NCBI GenBank assembly: GCA_025558095.1
Contig: JAIVFI010000015.1
Location: forward strand, 1-64,000
Source: Hyaloraphidium curvatum SAG 235-1
Taxonomy: Eukaryota > Fungi > Monoblepharomycota
DNA length: 64,000 nt
Direction of reading: 5' to 3'
The position numbers and the translations under genes are program-made. Each line of letters starts with the position of its first letter. Positions within the stretch are counted from its first letter, which is position 1. Shown piece after piece: positions 37,413 through 49,687 of this stretch. The notes below the pieces were generated by a model. It was not told the DNA's origin. It searched no databases and was given only the letters and a program-made list of their open reading frames with translations.

Positions 37413-37855
37413 TGACCGTATCGTTAGCTGAAGCGCAACGAGATCCCAGCTCCGGGTGCCCGAACACAATCAGGGGAAATGGAGGCAATCGCACGGCACT
37501 GAGTATCGCGGCGAGTGGTGAAGGCCCTCGCGGTCTTGGAACCGAAGGCCCTCCGGTGCCCCAACGGAAGAGCTCCTTCGAAGCAATCCGTAGGGCCAAG
37601 AAAACGCGGAGACCAGTGCCAGACGCCACGAGCCCTGCCGGAGAAGGCGTATGGGGATCCTTCTGCGCAATCCCTTCCCGCGTCCCCAACTCAACTCGCC
37701 GGTCTCTCTCCCGGCGTCCTTAGCGGCGCACTTTCTCCGGACGCGTGCCAAATCGCCTTAAAGCTCTCCTTCATCTTTTGAGACCGCGGAGAGCGCGAAT
37801 CCTCGGGGCGAAACTCCTTGCCGCGTGTGACTCCCCTCCCGCCACCCGACGGACG

Positions 37856-38744
37856 ATGGACCCGCTCCCCTCCGCCTCGGGCTGCCTCCCCGGCACGCTC
37901 TGCCACTTCCTCGCATTCACCGCCTCCCCCGTCCTCGGCAACCTCTGCGCCGTCGCCCTGTTCCTCGCCCCCCTCCCGCAGGTCCTCCGCGTGCGCGCCT
38001 CGGGCCGCCTCGACGGGCTCAACGTGCTCCCCTACCCGCTGATCGTGGGCAACTGCCTCGCCTGGTTCCTTTACGGGTGCTTCCTCCGCGACACCTTCCT
38101 GATCCTGCCCAACGCCATCGGGTTCTGCGCCGGGCTGTTCTACATCCTCTCCACGTTCCCGATCACGCCCGCCGCCGGCCGCGCGAGGGGGACGGTGCTG
38201 CTGGTCGCCGCGTGCGCGTGGTGCTTCCTCGGCGCGGAGCTGGGGTTCGTCGTGTACGGGCACCCGGACGGGAGGTCGGTGATGGGGTGGTTCGGGACCG
38301 TGGTGCTGCTGGCCTTCTTCGCGAGCCCGCTGTCGAGCCTCCTGGAGGTGGGTTGCTCTCCAGGCGTGCGCGGTACCGCGGGGAGCTAATCCCGGGGTTC
38401 CGCGCGCCAGGTCCTCCAAAAGCGCGACTCGACCTCGATCCACGTCCCCCTCGCCGTCGCCGGCGTCTTCAACGGCGGCTTCTGGACCGTCTACGTGGGC
38501 CCCTTCCCCTCCCCCCTCCTTATTCTTGCTGACCCCCGCCTTGCAGGGCCTCGTGCTCTCGGACCCCTTCGTCTACATGCCCAACGCCTTCGGGCTGCTC
38601 TCCGCCTTCGCCCAGCTCGGCCTCGCGCAGGCGTTCCCGCGGAGGCCGGTGGGGGCGCAGGTGGTCCGCGGGGGTTCGCCCGGCGGGGAGCCGGAGGGTG
38701 AGGAGGGGCGCGGGAAGGAGAGGGAGAGGGAGGTGCTCGTTTGA
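37856..38744 (+). CDS. SWEET/MtN3 sugar transporter (2 introns)
   Basis: GNLCAVALFLAPLP, LPYP..GNCLAWFLYG, PNAIG, FASPL, NGGFWTVY|GL and PNAFG: two MtN3 repeats. Confidence 0.92.
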
Positions 38745-38885
38745 CGCCAGAGGGCGGGCGCCGGGGAAAGGGGACGGGGTCGGGGTTCGGACATCCGGGA
38801 CGGGCCGTTGGTCTAGCGGGAGCAGAGATTCTCGGCATCATATCTTAACAGGGCATGGCATCTCAACACGATCATCAATCTACGA

Positions 38886-40049
38886 CTACAGCTCCTCCCT
38901 CGCCGCCTCCAGCCCCTCCTCCTTCCACCCCCTCTTCCTCTTCCACCCCGGCGCCTGCACCGGCGCCGACACCTCCACGCTCCTCTCGTAAAGCTGCCTC
39001 GCCCTCTGCTTCCCCCCCGGCGCGTAGGCCTCGACCGCCTCGTCGATGCCCGCCTTGGGCCCGGCGTGCGGTTTGCCGTCCAGCGTCCGTGCGACGGGGA
39101 AGAAGGCCTCCAGCAGCCCCGCGGCGTCCAGCACGGCGGTGTGCGCGCCCGACGCCGTGCGCGGGGAGGCCATGTGCGCCGCATCCCCCACAAGGATCAG
39201 GCGGCCCTGCGCGACCTGCGCGGCGCCGAACTCGTACTGCGGGAGCTCGGCGATCTTGCCCTTCTTGGCGGCGGCCTCCATGGCGCGGTAGACTTCGCCG
39301 CCCGCGGCGCGGCCGAAGAGGGCCTTGTACTTGGGGAGGAACCACTCCGGCGGGGGCGGGGTGGGGCCGTCGGTGGCGGTCTGCCTTGCGGCGCCCCTGT
39401 TGGGGCGGTACGCGGGTTCGGGGGCCGCGAAGGAGGTCCCCCCCATGATCCAATCCGTCCCATCATCCGCGGCCACGTCGAGCAGGATGGTGGCGTGGCG
39501 GGTGCCGTCGCTCCCCGCGGCGTGGTACTCCCCGTAGGCGTCGAACCCGGGCACGTCCTCGGCGCGCACGCGGAAGCGCCAGACGGAGTAGCCGGCGTAC
39601 TCGGGCGAGGCGGGGGGGAAGTACTTGGAGCGGAGGGCGGACCAGCCTCCGTCGGCGATCACGGCGAGGTCGTACGGTTCGCCAAACACCGTGGGGCGGG
39701 ATGGGTCCGGGCCGAGGTCGTCCACCTCGGCGTTCCACACCACGGTGCCCTCGGGCAGCCCGTCGTTCCAGAAGTTCCAGAGGTCGCGGTAGAGGAAGGC
39801 GCCCTGCGCCCGGGACGCCGGCTCGCCCCTGCGCATCATGGTGCGGCCTGCGACGCCGCGCCAGAGGCGGACGTCGCAGAAGCCGAGGGAGCCGCCGAGG
39901 CCCTGCGCGGCGGCGCGCTCGAAGACGCGCACGCGCCAGCCGAGGCGGTGGAAGGCGGTGGCGGCGGCGAGGCCTGCGATGGAGCCGCCGACGATGGCGA
40001 CAGAAGGCGCTGCGGTGACGGCGGTGGCGACTGCGGTGACTGCTGCCAT
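38886..40049 (-). CDS. FAD-dependent monooxygenase (intronless)
   Basis: VAIVGGSIAGLAAA, VFER, IADGGWS and LVGDAAHMASPRTASGA. Confidence 0.9.
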   Translation of the reverse strand: MAAVTAVATAVTAAPSVAIVGGSIAGLAAATAFHRLGWRVRVFERAAAQGLGGSLGFCDVRLWRGVAGRTMMRRGEPASRAQGAFLYRDLWNFWNDGLPEGTVVWNAEVDDLGPDPSRPTVFGEPYDLAVIADGGWSALRSKYFPPASPEYAGYSVWRFRVRAEDVPGFDAYGEYHAAGSDGTRHATILLDVAADDGTDWIMGGTSFAAPEPAYRPNRGAARQTATDGPTPPPPEWFLPKYKALFGRAAGGEVYRAMEAAAKKGKIAELPQYEFGAAQVAQGRLILVGDAAHMASPRTASGAHTAVLDAAGLLEAFFPVARTLDGKPHAGPKAGIDEAVEAYAPGGKQRARQLYERSVEVSAPVQAPGWKRKRGWKEEGLEAAREEL

Positions 40050-40309
40050 GTTCCGAATGGGCGTCGGGGCAGTTGAATGGGTGTCGATTGCAAACAGCGG
40101 GCACCCCGCCGCCCTTTTATGGCCCGGGAGTCGAAACGTCGAGATCGTTTCGGAGATGACGAGATGGGCCGATTATCCGGCGGCGGCCGCGTCGCCGCCC
40201 CCGCGCCACGGCCGCCGCATTCCATCGCCGGCTTGGCCGCGCAGCACCTCCGCCGTCATGATCGAGGCTGCCAAGTCCTTGTAAGGAGCTCCGCGGCCGC
40301 CGGGACCCA

Positions 40310-41537
40310 ATGTTTACGCTGCGCGCGGCCTTTGTCACGCTGCGCGCGTCGCGGCCTCTCAGAAACTCGCCCGCCGGCCCGACTTTCTCGCCGCCTACAC
40401 GATGCGGCACCCGCTGGACGATGCCGTCCCGCTTCGCCCAATCGCGGACGGCGTGCTCTAGGGCCGCTTCTCGCGGGAGTGGGAGAGGGGCGACGGGCTC
40501 GCGCAGGGCGGATACACCAACGCCTGTGGGTTGTCCTCCGGGCGTAGGGGTCGCCTCTTCTGACTCGAATGCCCTTCCTCCCCTTGTGGGTGCAGACGCC
40601 ACGCGGGCGCTGATTGCCGCGGTCCCCACTCACCCGCACCCCGTCTCCGTCACGCTGCACTACCTCGACGCGCTCCCCCTCGAGCAGCCGTGCCTCTTCC
40701 GCGTGTCCGTCACGCGCAAGGGCAAGCGCCTCGCGTTCGCACGCCTCGAGATCGAAGTCGCGGGCAGCGTCCGGATCGCGGGGATGGCGGTGCTCGCGGC
40801 CCCCGGCGCCGGCCCGTTCGCCGGGCGCGAAGGGGACCTCGGCGAACCGGGGTGGGAGGTTCCCCAACTGGACGAAGGGGGCCTGGTGCCGATGCCGCAG
40901 GACGTCTTCGGCCGGCCGGACCGGCCGCCCACGGGTCCCAACGCCGAGGACGCGCAGGGACAGGGCGGCATGTGGCGCTTCATGGAGCAGCGGATGCCCC
41001 CCTCGGACGTCTGCGCCACCCGCGCCTGGCTCGCCTGGCGCTCCGCCAGCGACGGCCTCTCCCCGCCCCCCGACGGCCACCACGGGGCGGGCCAGCACCT
41101 CCGCACCTCCGGCCTGCTCCGCGTGCTCCCGCCCCGCCCCGCCGACGCGCTCTCGTGCGCGCTGCTGGTGGACAACTTCCCCGCGCTGTCGATGCTGGGC
41201 TGGACCGACCCCGCGAAACCGCGGGAGGGCACGCCGAGGATACCGGGGTGGACCACCGTGAGCCTGACGACGGAGTGGGCGTCCGAGTGCCCGCCCGACA
41301 ATCGTACGTCGCTCCCGTTGCCGCTGTCCGCTCGACCGCTAACGGTGGTTGGCAGACGGAAACCTCGTCGCCGTCTCGCGGATGGACCACGTCACCCCCC
41401 AGGGCCGCGGGTCCCTCTCCGTGCGGCTCTACCTGGACGGGAAGCTGCTGTGCACGGGGCGGCAGGTGGCGCTGCTGGTGGACCGCCGGCACGGGGGGGA
41501 TCAGCGGTGGAAGAGCCAGAGGGAGGGGAAGCTGTGA
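40310..41537 (+). CDS. Double-hotdog thioesterase-family protein, multi-exon
   Basis: HPHPVSVTLHYL..RKGKRLAFAR and LVDNFP..WTTVSLTTEW. Confidence 0.75.
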
Positions 41538-41610
41538 GGTGCGGGCGATAGATTTAGGGAGAGGTAGACTGCGGATCGATGTCGCGCGTTCTGTCCTGGC
41601 TCGTCCCCGG

Positions 41611-42627
41611 CTACTTCCTTCCCGCCTTCGCCTCCGAGTCCTTCTTCATGGCCACGATCTCGCTGCACACGGGCTTGTGCTTCGGCCAGTCCGCGACCTG
41701 GCAGTCCTTGGAGCAGTACCGCGCCTGCTTGCACCGCGAGCAGCACGAGAACTCCCTGGTGGGGTCCGCGCTGGCCTTGTCGCACGCCGCGCAGCGGGCC
41801 CCCTTGATGAGCTGCTTGGGATCCATGAGAGTGGCCGTGTCGCGCTTCATGATCTGCTTCGAAGCCGCCTCGCACTTCGGGTTCCTCGACGGCGGGCAGA
41901 CCACGTGGCGGAAATCGACGGCCCGGCGCAGATCCGGGGCCAGCACGAGGTAGCCGCGCAAAGCGCCTCCGGATTCGACCCGATGGTCGCACGCAGCGCA
42001 GCACATTGCAGGTGCCATTTTCCGGGCGGCGGCCTCGACGTGCGTTTTCGTCGCCTCAACGATCGCCTTGTGCAGAGCAACCCCGGTAGCCAGGCTCACC
42101 ACGAGTTCCCCATCGACTTCGACCGCGGTCGGAAACTCGGTGATTGCCCGCTCATTTTTCCCCGTGCGGAGCCAGAGCGAGACCTGCACTGTTGCCTTCC
42201 TGTCCTTGCCGGCGTCCGTCGCGGCCTCATTCCGCGGCCCGAACGTCCACAGAGGGACCGCGACCCCGTCCGCCTCCGGGAGCACGCGCTTGCCCTCGAA
42301 GGTGCAGTACGGCCGGCCGCACGTCGGTACCGCGGAGATCGCCAGCCGGGGCCGGGGCGCCAAGTACCGGATTCGGAACTGTTCCTGCTTCTCGATGTCG
42401 GCCGGGGACCCGCACCTCACGCAGCTCCACGCGCGCGACGCCACGAGCGAGTCCAGGAACGTGAACGCGGGCCCGAGCTCCGGATCCTCGGTGTCGGGCC
42501 GCCGGACCGTCGACCTCGTCAGGACGTCCATCGCCGAGTCGCTGACGTGGAAGCCGCGCTCGCCGAGCTCGACGAAGCTCTTAGACCGCGCGTCGTACAT
42601 GCGAATGGCGAAGGTAACGAGAAGCAT
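41611..42627 (-). CDS. MYND zinc-finger protein
   Basis: CAAC..CSRCKQARYCSKDCQVADWPKHKPVC plus two upstream CxxC..C..C units. Confidence 0.85.
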   Translation of the reverse strand: MLLVTFAIRMYDARSKSFVELGERGFHVSDSAMDVLTRSTVRRPDTEDPELGPAFTFLDSLVASRAWSCVRCGSPADIEKQEQFRIRYLAPRPRLAISAVPTCGRPYCTFEGKRVLPEADGVAVPLWTFGPRNEAATDAGKDRKATVQVSLWLRTGKNERAITEFPTAVEVDGELVVSLATGVALHKAIVEATKTHVEAAARKMAPAMCCAACDHRVESGGALRGYLVLAPDLRRAVDFRHVVCPPSRNPKCEAASKQIMKRDTATLMDPKQLIKGARCAACDKASADPTREFSCCSRCKQARYCSKDCQVADWPKHKPVCSEIVAMKKDSEAKAGRK

Positions 42628-43563
42628 GGCGGCACGGAGCTGTTGGTCGAGCAGGGACAGAGTTGTGGAGTGCCAGGAGCGGGACAGCGGGCCCACGCGA
42701 CGACGATCGACCCCGACTCGGGGAACTGGTTGTCAAGAGTGGAATCCTGAAATCGCTTGAAGAACGGGAAGCAGTCCACGCGGGAAGCAATCGGCATCAT
42801 TGTCGCGTAGCCGACCTTTCCCCAGTATTCCTCGTTTCCGTTGTCTGGGTCTGACATGGACCGGCCAGGATGCCGTAGGGAGACAATAGAAACGTCGAGA
42901 TACAAGTCCCTCGGGCACATTTTATCCGGATTCGGAGCAGAAATGTCGCGGATTCGTTCTGTCCGGCTTGTGTCCGTCCATGGCGGTGACCTGGCGGTGA
43001 GCAGCGAAAGCCCTGCCTGCGGGTACAAAAGGGCGCCCAATCTCCGCGACACACCCAACGTCCCGGTGACCGACGGCTAACCGCTCCAACCCGGGAGGGT
43101 GCGTTGGTTGGTTCCGTCCGTGGAGCCCCGTCTCGGGAGGGCCAACCCTGGGCGGCGCTCCCCGTCCGGACCCCGCCACCGCGCCCTTTCCGGGTGCCGG
43201 CCAGTTGAAGACGCGGCCGCGGCTCCTGCGGGAGTTTCGGGTGGGCAATCGCGGACATTGCGAGGCCGGTCGCGGCGGGAGGCCGAGGGGTGCCCTGAAG
43301 CCCGAGCTACGTATTCGGGCGGGCGGATCGGTCCTCGGGACTTTTGAGCAGTCCAAAGACGAAGCGAACGGAAGGATTTCTATCGAATCTGCGTCTTCAC
43401 TGCATCCTTGATCATCAGCCTCGGATGGCCCTGCGGGACCTCGCTTTCCGTCGGACCCTCGCGGGCGGTTGCACGGTGCGGCCCGAGCGCGACTGACTGA
43501 CTGACTTCCGCCACTCGGCACAGCACCCCAGGCGCGAGCTGCGGCGCGCGGCACGGCGGCGCC

Positions 43564-45821
43564 ATGTCGCGGACTCAGTCCCCACGGTTGGCCGCGGCGC
43601 GGAGGGGCCGCCGCGGCGCGTCGCTCGCCGTCTGCGCCGCCGCCCTCCTCGCGCTCGCGGCGCTGTGCGCGAACCCCGCCGCCGCCGACATCGACCTCTT
43701 CGCGAGGCAGACGTGCCCGGCCGGCCTCACTCTGTGCTTCGGCGGCTGCGTGGACACACAGAGCGACGTGGGTGGCGTGGGCGCCCGTCCCCCGAGGCGG
43801 CGTCTCACATGTGCCTCCCGTTGCCGCCATTCCGCTCCGATAACCCATCCGGCGCGTCATCCTGTCTCCTCACTCGCCTCGTTTTGCGTTGCCACGATTT
43901 TGCGGCCCGACATAGGCCTCGAACTGTGGTTCTTGCGGCACAAGGTGCCTGCTCACCCAGCGCTGCTCGCTGGGCCTCTGCGTCGCCCAGACGGCCACGA
44001 TCCTGACGACCGCGGCGCCGTCGGGGACGGGCTCGACGGGCACGGCGAGCGCTTCCGCATCGGTCACGTCGGGCACCTCGGCCGCGACCTCGGGCACCTC
44101 GGCCGCGACCTCGGGGACGTCGGCAGTGACCTCGGCCACGTCGCTGATCACCTCGGCCACCACCTCCGCGGCCACGACGGCGACCAGCTCGGCGGCGACT
44201 CCCTCGGCCACTACGACGACGGCGTCGGCTTCCGCCACGACGCTCACGAGCTCGCTGTCGACGGCTTCGGCAGCATCCACGTCGTCCCTCACGACGGCGA
44301 CCACCACGCAGCCTTCCACCACCACCGTCCAGAGCACCACAAGCACCATCTCCCGCTCCCTCCTCCCCACCCCCACGGGAACCCCCACCGTGCTGTACGC
44401 CGGCAACAACAACTTCCTCAACGTCTTCACCAACGCCTCGAGCCTCACCGCGTGCAGGGGCACCAACTGCGGCATACAGTGCAACGCAGTCTCGGGGCAG
44501 TGTTTCCTGGAGCCCGGCACAAGGGGTTCCAACTGGATCGTGGATTGCCAGGGGGCGCCCAACTGCTCCGAGTACAAGCTGGTCCTGTCGGGCAACTCGT
44601 CGGCGTGCCTGGCGAACCTCGATACCTGTGCGTTGCCTGTCGCCTTCCCGGGCGACCATCTTGCGATCTCATTCGCTGACCAATTTCGCACCCCGCCCAG
44701 CCCGGCTGCTCCTCGCCAACTGCGCGACGGGCGGACTCCTGGTCCCGCTTGCCCGCCGCTCCCTCCTCGCCCGCCTCGCCGCGCGGCTCCTACCCCCCAC
44801 ACTGCGTCCTGCCGAGGAACCGACGCTCGTCGCCGACCTCTTCCCGCGGCAGGGCATCCTCCCGACCTTCTGGTCGCTCAAGGCCATCCCCGGCACCGGC
44901 CTGTCGCAGTTCCAGTCGGCCGTCTCGGGCCTGAACGGCGGCAACTGCCTCCGCCACGACCTCTTCATCGGCGAGTGCGTCGGGGACGTCACCACGTCGT
45001 GGTCCTCGGGCGGCACGGCGACGGTGCCGCCCGTGCCCCCAGCCGAGGCCCCCGCCAACCTCGGCCTGATCATCGGCTGCGTCGTCGGCGGGCTGGCGGC
45101 GATCGTCCTGATCGGCATGGGCATCTGCTACTGGCGGCGTCGCCAGGCCAACAAGGAGCGCGAGGTGGTCGTCTCCACCGCCGGCGTCCCCGGCGCGGCG
45201 CCGGACAACGTCGCGGCGCCGCTGTACGACCCCAACCCCAAGCCCGTGGAGCTCGCCCCCCTCGCGGCGCCGGCGGCGGCGGCGGCGATCGGCACCCGCC
45301 CGACGAGCAACTACGGTGCCGCTCCCGCCGCCGCGCCCATCCTCGAGCTCCCCGCGCAGCCCAACACCCTCCAGCCCACGGCGGCGGCGGCCTCGTACCC
45401 CCCACATCAGGCCGCCCAGCCCATCTCTGCCTTCTACGGCGCGCCGACGCAGCCGGCGCCAAGCACCGCCTCGCTCGCCGCGCAGCCCGTCGCCGTGGCG
45501 CCCATCAGCACCGGCCAGGGCTCGCTTCCCCCCGTGGTGATCGCCACGGCGGCGCAGGTCCGCGACCTGGCGAGCCTGCGGGGCAAGACGCTACGGGTCA
45601 TCCAGGCGTACGCGGGGAGGCTGCAGGACGAGGTGCCGATACAGGTCGGGGACGTGGTGCAGATCGAGCAGGCGTGGGTGTCTTTTCGCGCGGGGTGACG
45701 TGAGGTTGGCGGTGCTGACGCGGTTCGTTCCGCCAGGTTCGACGACTCGTGGAGCTTCGCGACCAACCTGCGGACGGGGCAGAGGGGTTACGTGCCGCTG
45801 ACCAACCTGGCGGCGCCGTGA
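43564..45821 (+). CDS. Type I membrane protein: signal peptide, Stig1-like Cys-rich module, Ser/Thr stalk, second Cys-rich region, TM, Pro-rich linker, C-terminal SH3
   Basis: CFGGCVDTQSD|ASNCGSCGTRC..CSLGLC, a long S/T run, LGLIIGCVVGGLAAIVLIGMGICYWRRR, and VIQAYAGRLQDEVPIQVGDVV..|DDSW..GYVP. Confidence 0.8.
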
Positions 45822-46028
45822 GTGGGAGGCCCGCGGGTTGCTGGACTATGGGACGGTCGGGGTTCGCGAGATCGGGGCGACGGTGGAGGGGGAAATCGGG
45901 ATGGACGATAAGGTAACCTGTACGACGTGTTTATTCGACGGATTTATAGGCTTCGGCGGGCTCTTGGGGGATTGCTTTGGCTGGCGGCGGTCCCAGACCG
46001 TGTGTGTCAACAACGGCAAACAACCACG

Positions 46029-47366
46029 ATGGACGCCCGTCCGCCCTCGGCCGCGGGTTCTGATGCCTCGTCCCACTCCATTACGGAAACTTCGGACGAT
46101 CCCGGGCTGGGCCTGTTCGCCCTGCTGCCGTACGAGCTCGCGTTCGACGTGCTCTCGCGGCTGCGGCGCACGCCGCAGGCGCTCGCCAGGGCGATGCGGT
46201 GCAGCCGGGCCTTTTCGAGGCTGGTCTGCGATCCGCGGATCTGGAAGTCTATCGAGATCTCTTGGCGCGCCAGCCAGCAGACGTGGACGCTGAGCCCCGA
46301 CACGGGGATCCCGCCCGGATCGATGGCGATGCTCCTTCGCGGAGTCGCCGAGGCCGCCAGATCTTCGCCGGGCGCATCCGGCGTCCTCTCCTTCACGTTC
46401 CGGCCCCTTTCATACCCTATCGATGATCCGCTTCAGGAGAGCGATCCCGCGTACGCGGACAAGGCGGCAGCCTGCGCCCGAGGCCAGGACCGCGTCCTGG
46501 AAGCCTTCGCCGAGACGCAGGCCGAATGGGTGGAATCGGTGGACTTGTCCGCGCCGCTTTCCGGGTCGGCCAAGCTGCTCTCGCACCGGATGCCGCGGCT
46601 GAAGGAGCTCCGCGTGAGACTGGAGATGCCGCAAGAGGACTACTGCAGCGACGAGGAGGAGGACGACGCCCGTCGCGAGCGGGGGGAGCAGGCCGAAGTC
46701 ACCATTTTCCAGGCGGTCGCGGGGATATACCAGAACTGCCCCGAGTTGCGACGGCTGGACCTGGAATTCATAGCCGCGTCGGAGTACAACTTTTGGGCCG
46801 GGTTCTTCCCCAGCCATTCCCAGCTTTCCTTGACCAAGCTGGAGCACTTGGAGCTCAACGTGTTGCAGGAGAAGAAGTATTTCGTCTGGGCGGACTCGCT
46901 TGCGCGGCTGTTTCCCCGGCTCCGAAGCCTTCGCCTCAAAGAGACGTGCGCCCTGGACGTTTCCCAGCGGCCGGCCCACGAGTCGCAGGCTTTTCTGGCA
47001 TCGCTCCGGTGCCTCAAGTCGCTCGAGAAGCTCCGGTGCCCCGTTTGGGACGACCGCCCTGCCGGATTCTGCCGCGCATTCTTCCCGGCGTTCGCCAAGG
47101 ACCGCTCGCTGTTCCGAATCAGGGAACTTTGCTTCGAGATGATGAACCTAGGCTACGACAGCGGTGCTCTCGGGCGCTGGCAACGCGATGTGCGGCCAGT
47201 GTTGGCATCGTTCTGGGCGGAGCGCAGGGCGGCGCTCGCGAAAGCGGGTGGGACGGACCATCTCGAACGAGTCGTCATCCGACCTTTCGCATTCGGTGAC
47301 GACCACTGCGTCATCTCTACGCCCTCGAATCCGTTTGATATGCGGACGAAGGACGACTGGCCGTGA
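46029..47366 (+). CDS. F-box/LRR protein
   Basis: LFALLPYELAFDVLSRL..CSRAFSRLVCDPRIW, then PRLKEL, CPELRRLDL, LEHLEL and PRLRSLRL. Confidence 0.85.
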   Translation: MDARPPSAAGSDASSHSITETSDDPGLGLFALLPYELAFDVLSRLRRTPQALARAMRCSRAFSRLVCDPRIWKSIEISWRASQQTWTLSPDTGIPPGSMAMLLRGVAEAARSSPGASGVLSFTFRPLSYPIDDPLQESDPAYADKAAACARGQDRVLEAFAETQAEWVESVDLSAPLSGSAKLLSHRMPRLKELRVRLEMPQEDYCSDEEEDDARRERGEQAEVTIFQAVAGIYQNCPELRRLDLEFIAASEYNFWAGFFPSHSQLSLTKLEHLELNVLQEKKYFVWADSLARLFPRLRSLRLKETCALDVSQRPAHESQAFLASLRCLKSLEKLRCPVWDDRPAGFCRAFFPAFAKDRSLFRIRELCFEMMNLGYDSGALGRWQRDVRPVLASFWAERRAALAKAGGTDHLERVVIRPFAFGDDHCVISTPSNPFDMRTKDDWP

Positions 47367-47557
47367 CTCAAGGTGTACGAACCAATCAATCGGAAAAAGG
47401 CGGGGTCTTTCAACTAATCCAGACAAAAAGCTCCCATGTCCTGTTTTGAAACCATTGCCATCGACAGATACTAGCTTCACCAGGCTGGCGGGCAGGCTTC
47501 GGGGTTGCGCGGGGATCGAGCCCCTGAACGGCCCGCCAACAACCGCGAACGACCGCG

Positions 47558-48310
47558 ATGGACCCGCGTCCGCCCTCGGCTGCCGGCTCCAATGCCTCCT
47601 TCCATTCCGCAGCGGAGCCCTTGGACGATCCCGGGCTGGGCCTGTGCGCCCTGCTGCCGTACGAGCTCGCGTTCGGCATTCTGTCTTGGCTCCGCGGGAC
47701 CCCGCAGGCGCTCGTCAACGCGACGCGGTGCAGCCGGGCCTTTTCGAAGCTCGTCTGCGATCCGAAACTGTGGGAGTTCGTTGAGATTGCGCCGGACCGT
47801 CCCCCTCGGACCTCGCGACCGCGGCCAGATGCTCGGATCCCGCCCGGCGCAATGGAGAGGCTGCTTCGCGGCATTGCGGACAACGCGAGGACATCGTCGG
47901 CCTCCGGCGTTGTCGATCTGTTCTTCACCTGGACACCGTACCCGTTCGCGAGCCATGCCACGACGCCGTCCACCGACGCGGAGCGGGAAACCGCCTGCCT
48001 GCTCGCGCAGGGGCGCGTCCTGGCTGCCTTTGGGGAGACGCAGGCGGATTGGGTCGAGACGATGGACGTGCGCGGCCCGCTGCCTGCTCTGCTCGGGCTG
48101 TTTTCCAACCGCATGCCCAAGTTGAACCATCTCCACGTTATCCTGAAGATATCGGAGGAGAGGTACGACATCAACATCGACGAGCGCGCTCTGTCTAGGT
48201 GCCATGCAGAGCCTAGACGTCGCTCCTAATGAAATCTATTGGAAGATGATTTCGTAACGTCTTGATGGCATCTCTTGATAGCGAAAGCTTGCCCGCAGTT
48301 CGGCCGAAGC
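47558..48310 (+). pseudogene. Truncated tandem paralog of the F-box/LRR gene
   Basis: Same N-terminus (MD.RPPSAAGS..LLPYELAF); the ORF ends at 48229 before most LRRs. Confidence 0.7.
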
Positions 48311-48419
48311 ACTGGCGGCGTCGGCGCGAACGCCTGGGAGACATCGCACCATCCACACGCACCTCGTCTGCTCACGCACGCCCCCGCCCGCCCACGTCTT
48401 CGAATCGCGAGTGCAGAAA

Positions 48420-49345
48420 ATGCCGCAGATAGACACTTTCTTCAAGGACCATTGGGTCACGATTGAGCAGGACCGGCTCAAGACGTACGACAAACTCTTC
48501 GATCTTCCTCCCGCCGCGATGAAGACCCTCATCGCCCCTCTCGACCTCCAACCTGGCGAGACCGCGCTAGACTTTGGGTGCGGTCCGGGCTTCGTCGCCG
48601 CGGCGATGGCGGGCGCCGTCGGGGCCGGGGGAAAGGTTCACGGCACGGACGTGAACGCGGACTTCTGCGCGAGGGCGAGGCAGGTGGCGGACGAGAGGGG
48701 CGTGGGCAAGGTGGTGCAGATTCACCACGTGACGGACGGCGTGGGGGTGCCGGACGGGACAGTGGACGGGATCCTTGCCAAGAATGTCCTGGAGGTGGGA
48801 TCCCGACGGAACGGGAAGTCGTTCCCTCTGATCCATCATGCCACAGTACGTGCCCGACTTGGATCAAACCCTCACGAACCTCTTCCGCGCGGCCAAGCCC
48901 GGCGGCCGCCTCCTCGCCCTCGACTCGGACTGGGCCTTTGTGGTGGTCCAGCCCTGGACCCCGGACGAGGTCCGCGAAGTGTTTGGCGCGGCGGCGCCGG
49001 CGTTCAAGGAGCCGTTCGTGGGAAGGAAGCTGCTCGGTGCCTTCCGGAAGGCGGGCTTCGCGGACGTCAAGGTCGAGCTGCGGGCGACGGCCGACACTTC
49101 TGGCACTATGCGGGTAGGTGTCAGCAGTGGAAAGCTGCCATTCCATTTTCAACACCAAGAATCCAACTCAGGGAGTGATCCAGAACATGCTGAACTACGG
49201 CACCAAGTTCAAGACCCTCACCGAGGCCAGGGCCGCCGAACTGGCGGCCAAGGTGGACCAGGGGCTGAAGGACGGTACCTACATGATGGTTCTGCCTCAG
49301 TTTGTGGTTCTCGGGCAGAAGCCGGCCGGTAAAGCGGCTCTATGA
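48420..49345 (+). CDS. Class I SAM-dependent methyltransferase (2 introns)
   Basis: ALDFGCGPG, VHGTDVN, KNVLE|YVPD and KPGGRLLALDSDW. Confidence 0.9.
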
Positions 49346-49687
49346 GTGTTTGTTTGGCTTGGCAATGTGAAAGACACTGGCAGTGCAAGGCGGAGTGGCG
49401 GGCGGCGATGACGTTTCGAACCGGTCCCCCACTTCACTCTCTTCGCACTGGAATCCTCGCCGGCCGCCCAGATTCTTCATTTAGGCTTCGTGATCTTCGC
49501 TGCCAAGGATGATTTGGCCCCGCCGTGCGCTCGCTTCCCTCGGAAAGCTCCTCGGAAAAAGTCGCTGCGCCACGTCCACCCAGCCACGCGCTGTGGGTCC
49601 ACAGCACGGATCTTCCTCCTCGCGGCCTCAAATCAACCCCTCCCCAACCCAACGGCCCGCTCGAACACCCGGATCTCGTAACCCACG

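Noticed and set aside
40690-42750. Long Arg/Pro/Gly-rich ORFs (also 3462-5126, 58327-60102, 58346-60220)
   Set aside because: These are shadow frames of real genes in high-GC DNA.
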